This document shows positions 53,767-63,735 of a stretch of DNA of 64,000 bases, piece after piece. Made by a program: the position numbers and the translations under genes. This stretch comes from an uncultured virus (IMG/VR IMGVR_UViG_3300008261_000010) (taxonomy: Duplodnaviria > Heunggongvirae > Uroviricota > Caudoviricetes): IMG/VR virus record IMGVR_UViG_3300008261_000010; one strand, 5' to 3'. The notes below the pieces were generated by a model. It searched no databases. It was not told the origin of the DNA and was given only the letters and a program-made list of their open reading frames with translations. Numbering within the stretch: the stretch's first letter is position 1; the number at the start of each line of letters is the position of its first letter.

Positions 53767-55100
53767 TGGCTGAGTTCTCTCGTGACGAACTGCTGTACGG
53801 CTTCGAGCGATCCGCAGTTGCCCTGCCTGGTGCAGCGCAGGCGCTGATTCGCCGCCGCCTCGGAGACGAGTACGAAGGCACCCCCGTCGAGCAAATGCTC
53901 CAGGGGTCGCAGCTGCTGAACTACGCCCGCCAGCGATTACCGGAAAACATCGCCCAGACAAAAGCTGGCAAAGCACTGACAGATCTGCTTCCAGAGCGAG
54001 CGGGAAAAGTTAAAGAGGCCATTGGCAGGATCCCCCTCGGCGGCTTCGGCGAGCAAGAGGTTCGCCAACTCGACGCCTATCGAGACGGCGATCCGGCGCT
54101 CGACATGGAGGGCGATGCCGAGGTCAGGCGTAACACGGTTCGCGTCGGCAAATTTCCTGTGCCCGGCGGTGACGTGCCGACAGGTGACAGCTTCCGCGCT
54201 GCCGCGACGCAGGCCGCTGGTGTCGGAGTGGCGGATCTTGCGTCCGATGGACTCCGTAATATCTGGTGGTTCCTGAATGCCCCGCAGGCTCTGACGCAGC
54301 TCGCGATGCTGCAGGGGACCCAGAACGCGGCCCAGGACTTCCAGGCACCGGGGCGCCAGGCACCGCTGATCAAGAATCGGACGGTACGGATGGCGACGAC
54401 CCTGCCGGCGTTGGTCGGCATATCGCTTGCAGTTGGAAATGCGTACCGGCAGCCGGGCTACAAGGCAGCGGTGCCGAGTGAGGCTGACCCCACGCAAACT
54501 GCTGATCCCCTGGCTGAGTTGGGATCGCGTTACTTCCTCGGCAGAACCGGAGCCCTGCTCCCCTATGACGAATTCGTCAAGGAGCGTCCTGATGTTTCCA
54601 AGGGCGAATACGACGCCTACAAGTCGTACCTCTTCGGGAACGCGATGCCGCTGAAGGCCACGACTGAAGGAATCCACGGCCCTGAGGTGACGTTCTTAGG
54701 TAAGAGCATTCCCATCGCGACAGGGGTTCTGCCTGCGGTGGCTGCGGTGATTGGTGGGCGCTTTGGCGCACGCAAGGCTGGAGCCCGTCTGGCCGATCGA
54801 GGCGATCTGAATCGAGCGGCTGATCTCAGGGATGAGTGGGTAGACCTCAAGCGTGAGTCAAAGAACCCTGATTCCGGTATCCAAGAAGCGGATATCGCAG
54901 AAGCCTATAACCGCTATGAAGACCAGCAAATGAAGAATGAGCGTGAAGTTGCTCTGCAGACAATCCTGTATAGCAGCCTCGGCATGGGTGGTACGGCTAT
55001 TGCAGGGCAGACTTTAGAATCAATCCGTCGAGCCCTCAAAGGGAAAGCACCTGTTGAGGATTCTGGTGAGGAGCAATCCTCACTTCCTGCCTTGAGCTGA
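53766..55100 (+). CDS. Putative internal virion protein
   Basis: TGATG coupling; 444 aa with hydrophobic segments. Confidence 0.6.
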   Translation: MAEFSRDELLYGFERSAVALPGAAQALIRRRLGDEYEGTPVEQMLQGSQLLNYARQRLPENIAQTKAGKALTDLLPERAGKVKEAIGRIPLGGFGEQEVRQLDAYRDGDPALDMEGDAEVRRNTVRVGKFPVPGGDVPTGDSFRAAATQAAGVGVADLASDGLRNIWWFLNAPQALTQLAMLQGTQNAAQDFQAPGRQAPLIKNRTVRMATTLPALVGISLAVGNAYRQPGYKAAVPSEADPTQTADPLAELGSRYFLGRTGALLPYDEFVKERPDVSKGEYDAYKSYLFGNAMPLKATTEGIHGPEVTFLGKSIPIATGVLPAVAAVIGGRFGARKAGARLADRGDLNRAADLRDEWVDLKRESKNPDSGIQEADIAEAYNRYEDQQMKNEREVALQTILYSSLGMGGTAIAGQTLESIRRALKGKAPVEDSGEEQSSLPALS

Positions 55101-55102
55101 CG

Positions 55103-55429
55103 ATGGCATACGGATCTTTTGCAGGCCTGGATGGTTACGTTGGTGGATTCCAGCCATCCAGGGAAGGCGCTGACGCCCTGGGCGGGATGGCTGCCAAGAA
55201 GTACGAGACCGGTGCAGCACTTGCTGGTAATGCCCTGGCGTCGCAGGCGCAGCTGCGGGCCCAGAAATATCTAGCCGACGCGCAGATTGAAGCAGCTCAA
55301 ATCCAGGCAGACGCGGCGAACGATCCACTCAAGCTTGGTCTAGGCCTACTTGGGCAAGTCGGTGGTGCATTTGCTGGCGGCTTCGGTGGCGGCATCGGCA
55401 AGGCGGCAGGTGCCAAGTGGTTTGCATAA
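55103..55429 (+). CDS. Small Gly/Ala-rich (ejection/pilot-like) protein
   Basis: C-terminal glycine zipper. Confidence 0.55.
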   Translation: MAYGSFAGLDGYVGGFQPSREGADALGGMAAKKYETGAALAGNALASQAQLRAQKYLADAQIEAAQIQADAANDPLKLGLGLLGQVGGAFAGGFGGGIGKAAGAKWFA

Positions 55430-55496
55430 GGGACAAGAAGAACATCAAATTCTGAAGTCCTAGAATCACCTGTATCCAGGTGGTTGTTGTCTGATC

Positions 55497-56771
55497 GTGA
55501 ATCTGCAGGAGTTCATGCAGGGCGGCGGCCTACTGCCTCCTCCGGCGCGACAGCAAAACGCTTGGAGCTTTGAAACAGGTGGCGGTATCGACGCCGAAAC
55601 AGAGCGACGGGCTCGTCTCTACGAAGACCTGCTTGTTGGCGCTCGCAATGAGGCTGTAGCGCGGCGACTCGCAACGGAAGCTCTTGAGGCTCCTGCCGCA
55701 ATTGTTGGCAGTAGTCCATTCCTTGGTACTGGTTCTACCGGCAGGCTGGGTATTCGCCAAGCGGCAACACCTGCCACACCAGTCATTGGCCGCGCGCAGA
55801 ACTATCTCGACGCTGAGCGCATAGCTGACTCACTCGAGGCGCCGATGGCAACCCTGGGGAGTTCTCCCTTTGCTGGCACCGCAAGCACTGGTCGCCTGGG
55901 GATCCCGTACACCGCAACGCCAGCAACTCCGATCGTGGAGCGGGCTCAGCGTTTCTTGGATGCAGAACGTCTGGCGCCGAGTCTTGAGGCTGCGCCCGCT
56001 GTGCTCCAGGCATCGCCCCTGCTGACGTCGGCCGCAACCGGTCGAGCCCCTACAACCACCCGCGCTGCGACTATGAACAAGGCAGAAGGACCCTCCCTGG
56101 CGGACGCGGCTCCGCTGGTTGCCACGGAGGTCGTCTCAGATGGCCTGCCCTTTGGTCGGCGCGCTCGCATGGCAGCTGAGCGCCCGCTGCAGACTCTGGG
56201 CCTAGCTAAAGATGGCAAGCTCCGGATGGGCCGCGTCGCTGGCCTTGGGTCAATCCTGACCTTGCTCTCAGCCGCGAGCGAACTGAACGACCCAACCGAG
56301 TCCGCTGGCCGCAATCTCGCTCAAGCCGGAGGTAGTGCGGTTGGCGGCCTGAGTGGCGGTGCAGGTGGGGCATTCCTGGGCGGACTGCTCACAGCTGGTA
56401 ACCCGATTGGGATTCTGGTGGGCTCCGCGATCGGCAACGCTCTAGGGGGCGGAGCCGGCAAAGGTCTGGCGACATTCGCCGCCGATCTTGCGGAAGGCTC
56501 TCCAGAAGATCGGGCCATTCGCAATGCCCAGAAGCAAGCCCGAGCCGCCGCAGAAGCAGAGGCCGAGCGCGCGCGGATCTTGATGCCGATTCAGGATCAA
56601 GCCGCGCAGGTCGCACTGCGCAACGAGGAGGCGCGCCAAAAGATGTTGTCTGGCATCGCAGCCGAACAACTCCTGCAGCGCGCCATGGCTGAAGGACTCC
56701 TCGCTCAACAGCAGTCAGGCGCTCAGCAGCAGTTGGCGATGACTAACGCAATCCTTGGAGGTCTCATCTGA
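55497..56771 (+). CDS. Putative ejection protein with about 50-aa tandem repeats and glycine zipper
   Basis: LEAP...SPF.GT.STGRLGI...TPATP...RAQ..LDAER about 2.6 times; GGAGGAFLGG zipper. Confidence 0.6.
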   Translation: MNLQEFMQGGGLLPPPARQQNAWSFETGGGIDAETERRARLYEDLLVGARNEAVARRLATEALEAPAAIVGSSPFLGTGSTGRLGIRQAATPATPVIGRAQNYLDAERIADSLEAPMATLGSSPFAGTASTGRLGIPYTATPATPIVERAQRFLDAERLAPSLEAAPAVLQASPLLTSAATGRAPTTTRAATMNKAEGPSLADAAPLVATEVVSDGLPFGRRARMAAERPLQTLGLAKDGKLRMGRVAGLGSILTLLSAASELNDPTESAGRNLAQAGGSAVGGLSGGAGGAFLGGLLTAGNPIGILVGSAIGNALGGGAGKGLATFAADLAEGSPEDRAIRNAQKQARAAAEAEAERARILMPIQDQAAQVALRNEEARQKMLSGIAAEQLLQRAMAEGLLAQQQSGAQQQLAMTNAILGGLI

Positions 56772-57208
56772 TGGCCGTCGCTGAGTCGTACCTGGCGAGC
56801 TTCCGGCCGGTCATGCCGGTTCCGGGCTTTGAGACGGTGCTGAGCAATATCGGCACCCAAGCGCTTGGCAAGATCCCTGGCGAGAAGGCAGCACTCCAGG
56901 CTCAGCTTGCATCCACGGCCCTGCAGGAGATTGGAGCGATTGAGCGCCTGCAGCGCAATCTTGACGCGGTCAGTGCCGAGAACGCGTTGACCCGGTCCTC
57001 CAATCGAAAAGGTGGGGCGCTGCGGATGGCAGGCGAACTGCTGGCGTTCGCTCTCCCTGGGACAGCGCAGGCCGGTGTTCAGGTTGCAGATCCGCTGGCA
57101 TTGATGAATGCCATAGGTGATTTCAATCAGACGGAACGCCGCCGCCGCGCGTCCAACATGCTGAGGAGCAATAGCTTTGTATCCGAAGCGCTCAAAGGCC
57201 TGGGTTGA
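56771..57208 (+). CDS. Hypothetical virion-associated protein
   Basis: TGATG coupling. Confidence 0.55.
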   Translation: MAVAESYLASFRPVMPVPGFETVLSNIGTQALGKIPGEKAALQAQLASTALQEIGAIERLQRNLDAVSAENALTRSSNRKGGALRMAGELLAFALPGTAQAGVQVADPLALMNAIGDFNQTERRRRASNMLRSNSFVSEALKGLG

Positions 57209-57254
57209 GCAAATTACTTAGGATGACATCAGTAGAACTCCCGCGGGAGTATTG

Positions 57255-57845
57255 ATGTCCACTCCAAATCTGCTGGAAGGGGCTGGCACGGCCGCCTACA
57301 ACAATCTGTACAAGGCATTCACCGGGCAGCCGATCCCTGGCAGCCAGGAAGCTAAACAGCGGCAGATTGAAGACCTGCGGCTGCAGAAGCAGCTGCAGGA
57401 CGAACTCAAGCCAAGAACCGGTGAAGGTAGCGCAGAGTTCCTGAAAAGAATTCAAGGGTTGAATGATCTCGCTCTTGAAACCAAGCGCAAGCAGGGCCTG
57501 ATGGACCTGGAGCTTGGTGGCGGCCCCGGAACAACCAGTCAGCTTGATATCAGGCAACGCCTTGAGCAGCTGGGCATTCAACGTGAGGCTGCACGCACGC
57601 AGAACGAAAAAGATCTCTTAGGCGCCCAAAACCAAGCCAAACTGCAACTGCTGAATCCGGTTCTGGGCCAGGAGCTAGCACTAGACGAGCGCGACTCCGC
57701 CCGCATGGATAAGGTGCTGGGATACATGGAGCGTGCCCAGGACAGGAACCTTGCCGCACAGGCGGAAGCGCGCCGTCCCAACATTGGCACCATCGCCGGA
57801 CTGCTCGGAAGTCTGGGCCTTGCCGCAGCCTCACTCTTCGGTTGA
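57255..57845 (+). CDS. Coiled-coil protein with C-terminal hydrophobic helix
   Basis: ORF; IAGLLGSLGLAAASLFG*. Confidence 0.55.
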   Translation: MSTPNLLEGAGTAAYNNLYKAFTGQPIPGSQEAKQRQIEDLRLQKQLQDELKPRTGEGSAEFLKRIQGLNDLALETKRKQGLMDLELGGGPGTTSQLDIRQRLEQLGIQREAARTQNEKDLLGAQNQAKLQLLNPVLGQELALDERDSARMDKVLGYMERAQDRNLAAQAEARRPNIGTIAGLLGSLGLAAASLFG

Positions 57846-57858
57846 TTGGTAGCTAACC

Positions 57859-58524
57859 ATGGCATCCTTCGCAAACAAGGTGAGAGGCAACGCTGCCTAC
57901 AAGACAGCGGCCAAGTCTTTGGATATGAGGCCCAAAGACGTCAAGACCAAAGAGGCATTCCAGCGGGTCAAGGCATACGCACGAGAGAACAGGCCAAGCC
58001 AGGCCGCAGCGCAGCCGACCCAGCAACCTGCGCCCCGCACGACGCCCACTGGTAGCGCCGCTTACACCCCGGCAACACCCGGGGGAAGCTTTGTCGGGGC
58101 TGGCATCAGCACGATCACTGATGTCCTCAACAAGTATCCCGGCAACGAGACCTTGGCAGGTCTTGGGGTTGGCTCCATCTTTGATATTGGTAAAACCCAG
58201 GCCAATACAGGTCTGGCGATTGCCTATAACGATGCGTACCTTGGATCACTCGGTAAGTTCCAAAGCGGTCAAGAGAACCTGAAGACCGCCAACACAATGA
58301 AGCTCATGGGGGTTGAGGGCGCAATTGAGCGTGACATGCTCACCAAGCAAGGCGAAGAGCAGCGTGCCGGGATCCGCGAAACCGGATCGGAGCAGCGCCT
58401 GGGCTTCCAAGAGCAGGGCCGCCAAGAGCGAGAAACGCTCTTGCAGAAGGGCCTCGAAGAAAGGAAGATGCGCGCAGATGCGCGAGGCGCGATACGTTCA
58501 CAGGGTGCACGGTTCTACGGCTGA
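57859..58524 (+). CDS. Putative pilot/ejection protein
   Basis: Repeated QGEEQR/TGSEQR/QGRQER units. Confidence 0.55.
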   Translation: MASFANKVRGNAAYKTAAKSLDMRPKDVKTKEAFQRVKAYARENRPSQAAAQPTQQPAPRTTPTGSAAYTPATPGGSFVGAGISTITDVLNKYPGNETLAGLGVGSIFDIGKTQANTGLAIAYNDAYLGSLGKFQSGQENLKTANTMKLMGVEGAIERDMLTKQGEEQRAGIRETGSEQRLGFQEQGRQERETLLQKGLEERKMRADARGAIRSQGARFYG

Positions 58525-59033
58525 TGGCAAATCTCGGGGATTGTCCAGTTGCGACGTTTCTGGCGGCGCTTGATGACGATCGCCGAGAAGGTTTCCTTAA
58601 TTACGCCGAGAACACCTACTCCGTCTACGAGATCTGGCTCTACGCCAGCGTGCTGGGATATGACGACAGCTTCACAGCACTAGAGCGCTGGATCAATAAG
58701 CACTACCGCAAGCTCAATAAGCGGGAACTTCTCCTGGCTGAAGCCTGCAAGCTCGAGGCCGACGTCGACTTCCTTAGGCAGCAGGTCCAAGCAGATCTCG
58801 TCAAGCCGGATGCTGCGGCCAGTCGCATCGCGCATTTATCCAAGGAATTGCGAGGACACCTGACGGAGATCGACAAGATGACTCGCACCACGGACCGCAA
58901 GGGCCTAATCATGGCCGGGGCAGATGCAGTCATGCGTCAGCTGCGGGCAATCTTCAAGGACAACGACGAAGTGGTGACGGCGTTGGACTCGGCGTTTGAG
59001 TCTGTGTGGGCACAACTGGAAAACGAGAAGTAG
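58524..59033 (+). CDS. Probable terminase small subunit
   Basis: 169-aa helical protein immediately upstream of TerL; position-based. Confidence 0.45.
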   Translation: MANLGDCPVATFLAALDDDRREGFLNYAENTYSVYEIWLYASVLGYDDSFTALERWINKHYRKLNKRELLLAEACKLEADVDFLRQQVQADLVKPDAAASRIAHLSKELRGHLTEIDKMTRTTDRKGLIMAGADAVMRQLRAIFKDNDEVVTALDSAFESVWAQLENEK

Positions 59034-59099
59034 ACAGAAATCGCCGAAAGCGCGCGGCGTGGTCTACATGAATAGTGAAAAACAAGTAGATTGTGAGGC

Positions 59100-60644
59100 A
59101 TGGCAGGCGCATCGATTGCTCTAGCGCGCAAGAGAAGTGCGCTGAAGGCGGCTCAAAGCATTAAGAAGCAGCCGGAGGTGGTCGTCGAAGAGCCGGTGAT
59201 CCCGCCTCATGTCCTCAAGGCGAGGGACAACTTCGGCTACTTCTGCGAACTGATGGGCAAGCCACCGGCTCGCCACATGAAGGAATGGCACCGAGCATTC
59301 CTCACTAATCAGAGCAACGAACACCTGCTGGACATTGCAGGGCCCAACACCTGCCTGCTCAGTCCGCGGGGTAGCGCGAAGAGCACGGTGCTGGGCCTGC
59401 TGCTGGGGTGGCTGATTGGCAGGCACGCGTTGGCGAAGAAGCTGCTGCGGATCCTGTACGTCTCCTACAACGTCGACGTTGCGCGCAATAAAAGCGCTGC
59501 GATCAAAAACCTGATCCTCTCGAGGGAATACCAGGAGATCTTCCCGTGTGTCCGTCTATCCAAAACCAGGACATCAGATGAGTTGTGGAGCATCGACTGG
59601 GACTTCGCCGAGGTGGATGTTCGCGGTGAGGATGCGTTCACCATCGCCTGCGCTGGCCTGAAGGGCACGATCACCTCGAAGCGAAGCTCGTTGATTGTGG
59701 TCGATGACGCCATCAAAAGCGCGGCGTCGATCGCGAACCCCGACATCCGCCGGGAGATGGAGACGAACTGGACGAACGTGATTGTGCCGACGATGTTCCA
59801 AGGCGCGCGCGCCATCGCCCTGGGCACGCGGTTCCATTTTGATGATCTGTTCGCGACCATCTTCACCGAAAAGAAGGGCTGGAAAACGGTCGTCCAGTCG
59901 GCCCTGCGCTACGACGAGGACGGCCGGCCCAAGTCCTACTGGCCTGAGATGTGGTCGACGAAGTACCTGCTGAAGCTCCAGCACGACGACCGCATTGCTT
60001 TCTCATACCAGTACTTGAACCAGCCGGTGCGATCCACCGAGCTGGGTGTGAGCCCCGAGCTGTTCGTGCGCGGTGAGGTGCCTGAGACCTACGACATGGT
60101 GGGCGTCGGCATCGACCTCTCGGCGGGGATGAGCGAGCGCAATGACTGGACTGTCTTCACCCTGGCTGGCCGCGTTGACGATAAGTGCTACATCATTGAT
60201 TACAGGCGCATGCGCTCGATGGGCAACATCGAGAAGGTGGAAGCGTTGTGCGAGCTGTTGATGGAGTGGAACCTGCTTGCCACCAACGACGATGGTCAGT
60301 ACTTTCCGACAAACTCACCGGTCACGATCTGGCCTGAAGTCGTGGCATACCAAAAGAGTTTCGAGGGGGACCTCAAGCGGATTCTGTTCAATGAATGGCA
60401 GCTGTACAACCTCCACATTTCTCCGGTGAAGGGTTTCCGCGGGGACAAGCTCGCCAGGCTGCGAGGGATCCTTGGCCTCTTCCAGGCCAAGAAGATCATT
60501 TTCAACAAGTACCGCGATTTCAGCTACATGATCGACGAGATCACGAACTTTGGCCACAGCCCTCACGACGACTGTGCCGACAGCCTGAACATCGTTGTCC
60601 AGGGACTGATGAAGCGCGGGGCTGCGCAAATCGAATGGACTTAA
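59100..60644 (+). CDS. terL: Terminase large subunit
   Basis: Walker A PRGSAKS, Walker B LIVVDD, LGTRFH coupling motif, RNase H GIDLS...DWT, HDDCADS. Confidence 0.93.
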   Translation: MAGASIALARKRSALKAAQSIKKQPEVVVEEPVIPPHVLKARDNFGYFCELMGKPPARHMKEWHRAFLTNQSNEHLLDIAGPNTCLLSPRGSAKSTVLGLLLGWLIGRHALAKKLLRILYVSYNVDVARNKSAAIKNLILSREYQEIFPCVRLSKTRTSDELWSIDWDFAEVDVRGEDAFTIACAGLKGTITSKRSSLIVVDDAIKSAASIANPDIRREMETNWTNVIVPTMFQGARAIALGTRFHFDDLFATIFTEKKGWKTVVQSALRYDEDGRPKSYWPEMWSTKYLLKLQHDDRIAFSYQYLNQPVRSTELGVSPELFVRGEVPETYDMVGVGIDLSAGMSERNDWTVFTLAGRVDDKCYIIDYRRMRSMGNIEKVEALCELLMEWNLLATNDDGQYFPTNSPVTIWPEVVAYQKSFEGDLKRILFNEWQLYNLHISPVKGFRGDKLARLRGILGLFQAKKIIFNKYRDFSYMIDEITNFGHSPHDDCADSLNIVVQGLMKRGAAQIEWT

Positions 60645-60653
60645 ACTAGATCC

Positions 60654-62876
60654 ATGAGCCAACCCAAAACCGAGCGTTTTCGCCGCATCCTTGAGGCCGC
60701 GCGCAAGCGTGATGGTACGGCTGGTGTTGACACGATGGTGGTCAACTCGCATCTCGCGCAGATGCGGCTATTCATGCTGCGCCAGGGTCTGGAGTTCTTC
60801 CCTGCGCAGGACACCTTTGGTTTCCGCAAGAGCTTCCTCGCGGATCTGATCCAGGACAACGAGATCGACGCGCGCCTTGAAGGCATCGTCGATGACTTCC
60901 TGCTGGACGGTAAGGGGCTGTGGTACTTCCGCCCGGTGCAGGACACCTACCGCTTGATGTGGTTCAGCAAGGAGAACTACCGCGCCTATTACGACGCCGC
61001 GGGCCAGCTGGAAGAGGTGGAGCTCATCTATAGCTTCACCGTGCGTGATGGCATCGGCGCCATGGGCTCGATTGCCGGTGGCGATGGCGGCTCCCTGCGT
61101 TACGTCAAGCTGCAGGTTCGCCGGGACACCATCAAGGAATCCATCACGACCGAGAAGCCGAGCTTCGATGCTGGTGTCGCGACCCTGAACTACGCGCCCA
61201 ACACGACGCGAACGCTGCGAAACAGCTTGGGATTCATCCCTGCTGTCGAGTCTTTCAACAATATGCGCTCGACTGGCATGGATGCCAGTGGCGAGTTCGA
61301 TTGGCTCAGCGATCACATCGTGACGCACGATGAGCTGATCAAGAATATCCGAGCCAATATCACCTTCTATGGAAACCCGACCTTGGTTTCCAGCCGCCCG
61401 AAGCAGGACTTGATCGAGTCGGGCGATGGTGACGAGTTTCGTCCGACAATCAGTTCACAGGCCGGCTTCTACGCTGCGAATCGACCCTCGACGCGACTCA
61501 GCTCACCTTTGGGCGCCGGCGGTGGTGGCGGCGGGGTGAAGGTGCCTCGGATTATCGCCAACATCGAGGCCACCGATCGTGTCGCCTACATCACGCCGGA
61601 CGCGGTGAGCGGCGATCAGAACCTCTACGCACGCCAGTACCGCGAGGAGCTGCGCAACGCCATGGGTGGCGTTGACGAGCTGGGCATCAGCTCCGGCGCG
61701 ACGGCATATGAAGTCAAGTCGCTGTATGGCCGGGCTGCGACAACAGCCGCTCGCAAGTGCCGCGGGCTGTTGACCTACGGCCTGTGCAAGCTGCTGGCAC
61801 TTGTGCTGTTCAACGAAGAAAAGATCTTCCGCGAATCCTTTGCCGCTGCCGTTGGCCTCGAGGAGCCGCCCGTGCCGTTGCGTGAGGAGTTTGCGGATGC
61901 CGAGCAATACCAAGAGGCGGTTGCAGCATTCCAGGAGGCATACCAGCAATTCGAGCAAGCGCTGGAAGCCCAGATTGCCGAAGCGGTGCAAGCACGTCAG
62001 CTTCCGCCCGGTGTGGTTGGGCTGATCCCTGACGGCGATCGAAAGATCGAGTGGCGCTGGAAGGGGCCAGTCTTTGAGGATTCCACAGAAGATATACTGA
62101 ACTCAAGCATTGTTGTGCGCAACCTGCAGGAGCTCGGTGTTAACAGCATCGAGGCCCTCAGGTACCTCTTCCCGGATAAAACCGACGAAGAGCGCAGCGC
62201 AATGCTTAGTGGCTATCCATTCCGAATGGCTCAAGCCACGCAGCAAAGCATTGGCACCTTCCTGTCGCTGATTCAAAACATGCGACAGACCCCGCATCCG
62301 CAGGCTCCGGACCTCCCCCTGCTGGCGGATCCCAAGCTCGATTTGACGCCCTACGTCTATCGAGCCCTCGAATTCCTTAAGAGAGAACTGACCTATGCAG
62401 GACAGTACAACGATGGCGACGGCAGTGGCGACCCCGCAGCCCTCGATCCCATCCAGCGTGGCCGCGCCGACCGTGGCCTCCCCGTCGATGCCGCAGGCAC
62501 CCCAAGCTTCGTACCCGACGGCTCAACCCCAGGCTCCGGCTTACTCCCCGGAAGCTCCGGTTTCAGTGCCTCAGGCCAACCCGTGGCAGGCGGCGTACCA
62601 GGGTCTGCTCGCCAGCTTGAGCGCGACGCCGCAATCCCAGCCCCAGGCGTCCTACTCGGCACCGACCCAACAGGCGGCCCCTACCCCGGCGGCCTACCTG
62701 CAAGCACCGGTGAGCTACCAGGCGGCTCCCTCCGTTACGGCGCCGCTGACCTCAGCATTCCCACAAACGGCGGCCTATTCCCAGGCGATGCCGGCACAGG
62801 CGCCGAGCTACAGCAGCGAGCAGAGCGCAGCCGCGAGCGACGAGTATCTGCAAAGCGTCAGCAGCGAAAGTCTTGA
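60654..62876 (+). CDS. Portal protein with long overprinted C-terminal tail
   Basis: Follows TerL; LGFIPAVE, GELGISSGATA-like stem, WKGPVFED; last about 160 codons overlap the next ORF. Confidence 0.7.
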   Translation: MSQPKTERFRRILEAARKRDGTAGVDTMVVNSHLAQMRLFMLRQGLEFFPAQDTFGFRKSFLADLIQDNEIDARLEGIVDDFLLDGKGLWYFRPVQDTYRLMWFSKENYRAYYDAAGQLEEVELIYSFTVRDGIGAMGSIAGGDGGSLRYVKLQVRRDTIKESITTEKPSFDAGVATLNYAPNTTRTLRNSLGFIPAVESFNNMRSTGMDASGEFDWLSDHIVTHDELIKNIRANITFYGNPTLVSSRPKQDLIESGDGDEFRPTISSQAGFYAANRPSTRLSSPLGAGGGGGGVKVPRIIANIEATDRVAYITPDAVSGDQNLYARQYREELRNAMGGVDELGISSGATAYEVKSLYGRAATTAARKCRGLLTYGLCKLLALVLFNEEKIFRESFAAAVGLEEPPVPLREEFADAEQYQEAVAAFQEAYQQFEQALEAQIAEAVQARQLPPGVVGLIPDGDRKIEWRWKGPVFEDSTEDILNSSIVVRNLQELGVNSIEALRYLFPDKTDEERSAMLSGYPFRMAQATQQSIGTFLSLIQNMRQTPHPQAPDLPLLADPKLDLTPYVYRALEFLKRELTYAGQYNDGDGSGDPAALDPIQRGRADRGLPVDAAGTPSFVPDGSTPGSGLLPGSSGFSASGQPVAGGVPGSARQLERDAAIPAPGVLLGTDPTGGPYPGGLPASTGELPGGSLRYGAADLSIPTNGGLFPGDAGTGAELQQRAERSRERRVSAKRQQRKS

Positions 62877-63393
62877 AGTTCTCCAGCACTTCGGCGCTGA
62901 AGCCCCTGCCCTGCTGAATCGCTACGCCTGCGTCGTCGAGGACGCTCTCCTCGCCCAGGCCCAGCAGACCGCTCAGGCTCTGCAGCAAATCCAGGCCATC
63001 CAGGGTCAACTGCAGAACTCACACACCGTGATCGAGGCTGCCGCTGAGGACAATGCCGCGTATCACACCCTGCTGACCAATCCCGAGATCCTCGCTGAGT
63101 ACGTCAACGAGTTCTTCGGTCCCGAAGGTCCCTACCCCACCGAGCTTCCCCAGGATCGCCTGGCCGCTGAGGTTGCCGCGAACGAGCGTCGCTTTGCCCC
63201 CCCGGCTGCGACCTATCAGCGCCCGCAAATGGAAATGCCCGCTCCCGACGTGCAGGCAACCAATGGCGGCGGTGATGATTTCTGGGCCACCTTCTCTGCC
63301 ATCAGCGAGCGCAATCCCGCCGCTGCATGGCAGATGCTGAGCCAGGCTTCCCCCGAAGCGCTGCGCAGCAAGGTGCTGGTATCTGAAGGCTGA
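62395..63393 (+). CDS. Probable head scaffolding protein
   Basis: Pro/Gln/Ala-rich N-terminus, helical C-terminus; follows the portal; biased codon use in the 3' half. Confidence 0.6.
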   Translation: MQDSTTMATAVATPQPSIPSSVAAPTVASPSMPQAPQASYPTAQPQAPAYSPEAPVSVPQANPWQAAYQGLLASLSATPQSQPQASYSAPTQQAAPTPAAYLQAPVSYQAAPSVTAPLTSAFPQTAAYSQAMPAQAPSYSSEQSAAASDEYLQSVSSESLEVLQHFGAEAPALLNRYACVVEDALLAQAQQTAQALQQIQAIQGQLQNSHTVIEAAAEDNAAYHTLLTNPEILAEYVNEFFGPEGPYPTELPQDRLAAEVAANERRFAPPAATYQRPQMEMPAPDVQATNGGGDDFWATFSAISERNPAAAWQMLSQASPEALRSKVLVSEG

Positions 63394-63408
63394 GGCCAGG
63401 AGAGCGAG

Positions 63409-63696
63409 ATGGCAAACCTGCCCCCCGGCCTGCCGGCGCACTTTAATCCCGTCGCTGCTGAACTGAAGGCAGGGCCAGCACCTGCGCAAATGCAGCAATC
63501 GCTGCAGCAGGAAGCGACCCGCCAGGATGTACGCAACGAAGCGCGCGAAGCCGCAGCGAATGCTCTGGTTCAACGCGCGAAGAAGGCCGTGCAACTTGCT
63601 GTTTTGCAGCAAGGAAGTGGCGACCCTAGGGCTACTCTGCCGGGCCTGACGACAATCGCAGATCGACCGGAGCTCCTGAATAATATCGGGCTCTGA
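63409..63696 (+). CDS. Hypothetical head-region protein
   Basis: AGGAG RBS; 95 aa. Confidence 0.55.
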   Translation: MANLPPGLPAHFNPVAAELKAGPAPAQMQQSLQQEATRQDVRNEAREAAANALVQRAKKAVQLAVLQQGSGDPRATLPGLTTIADRPELLNNIGL

Positions 63697-63735
63697 ACGA
63701 GGCTGGTTAGATTAGGGCTACGGCGTCAAACGTGA

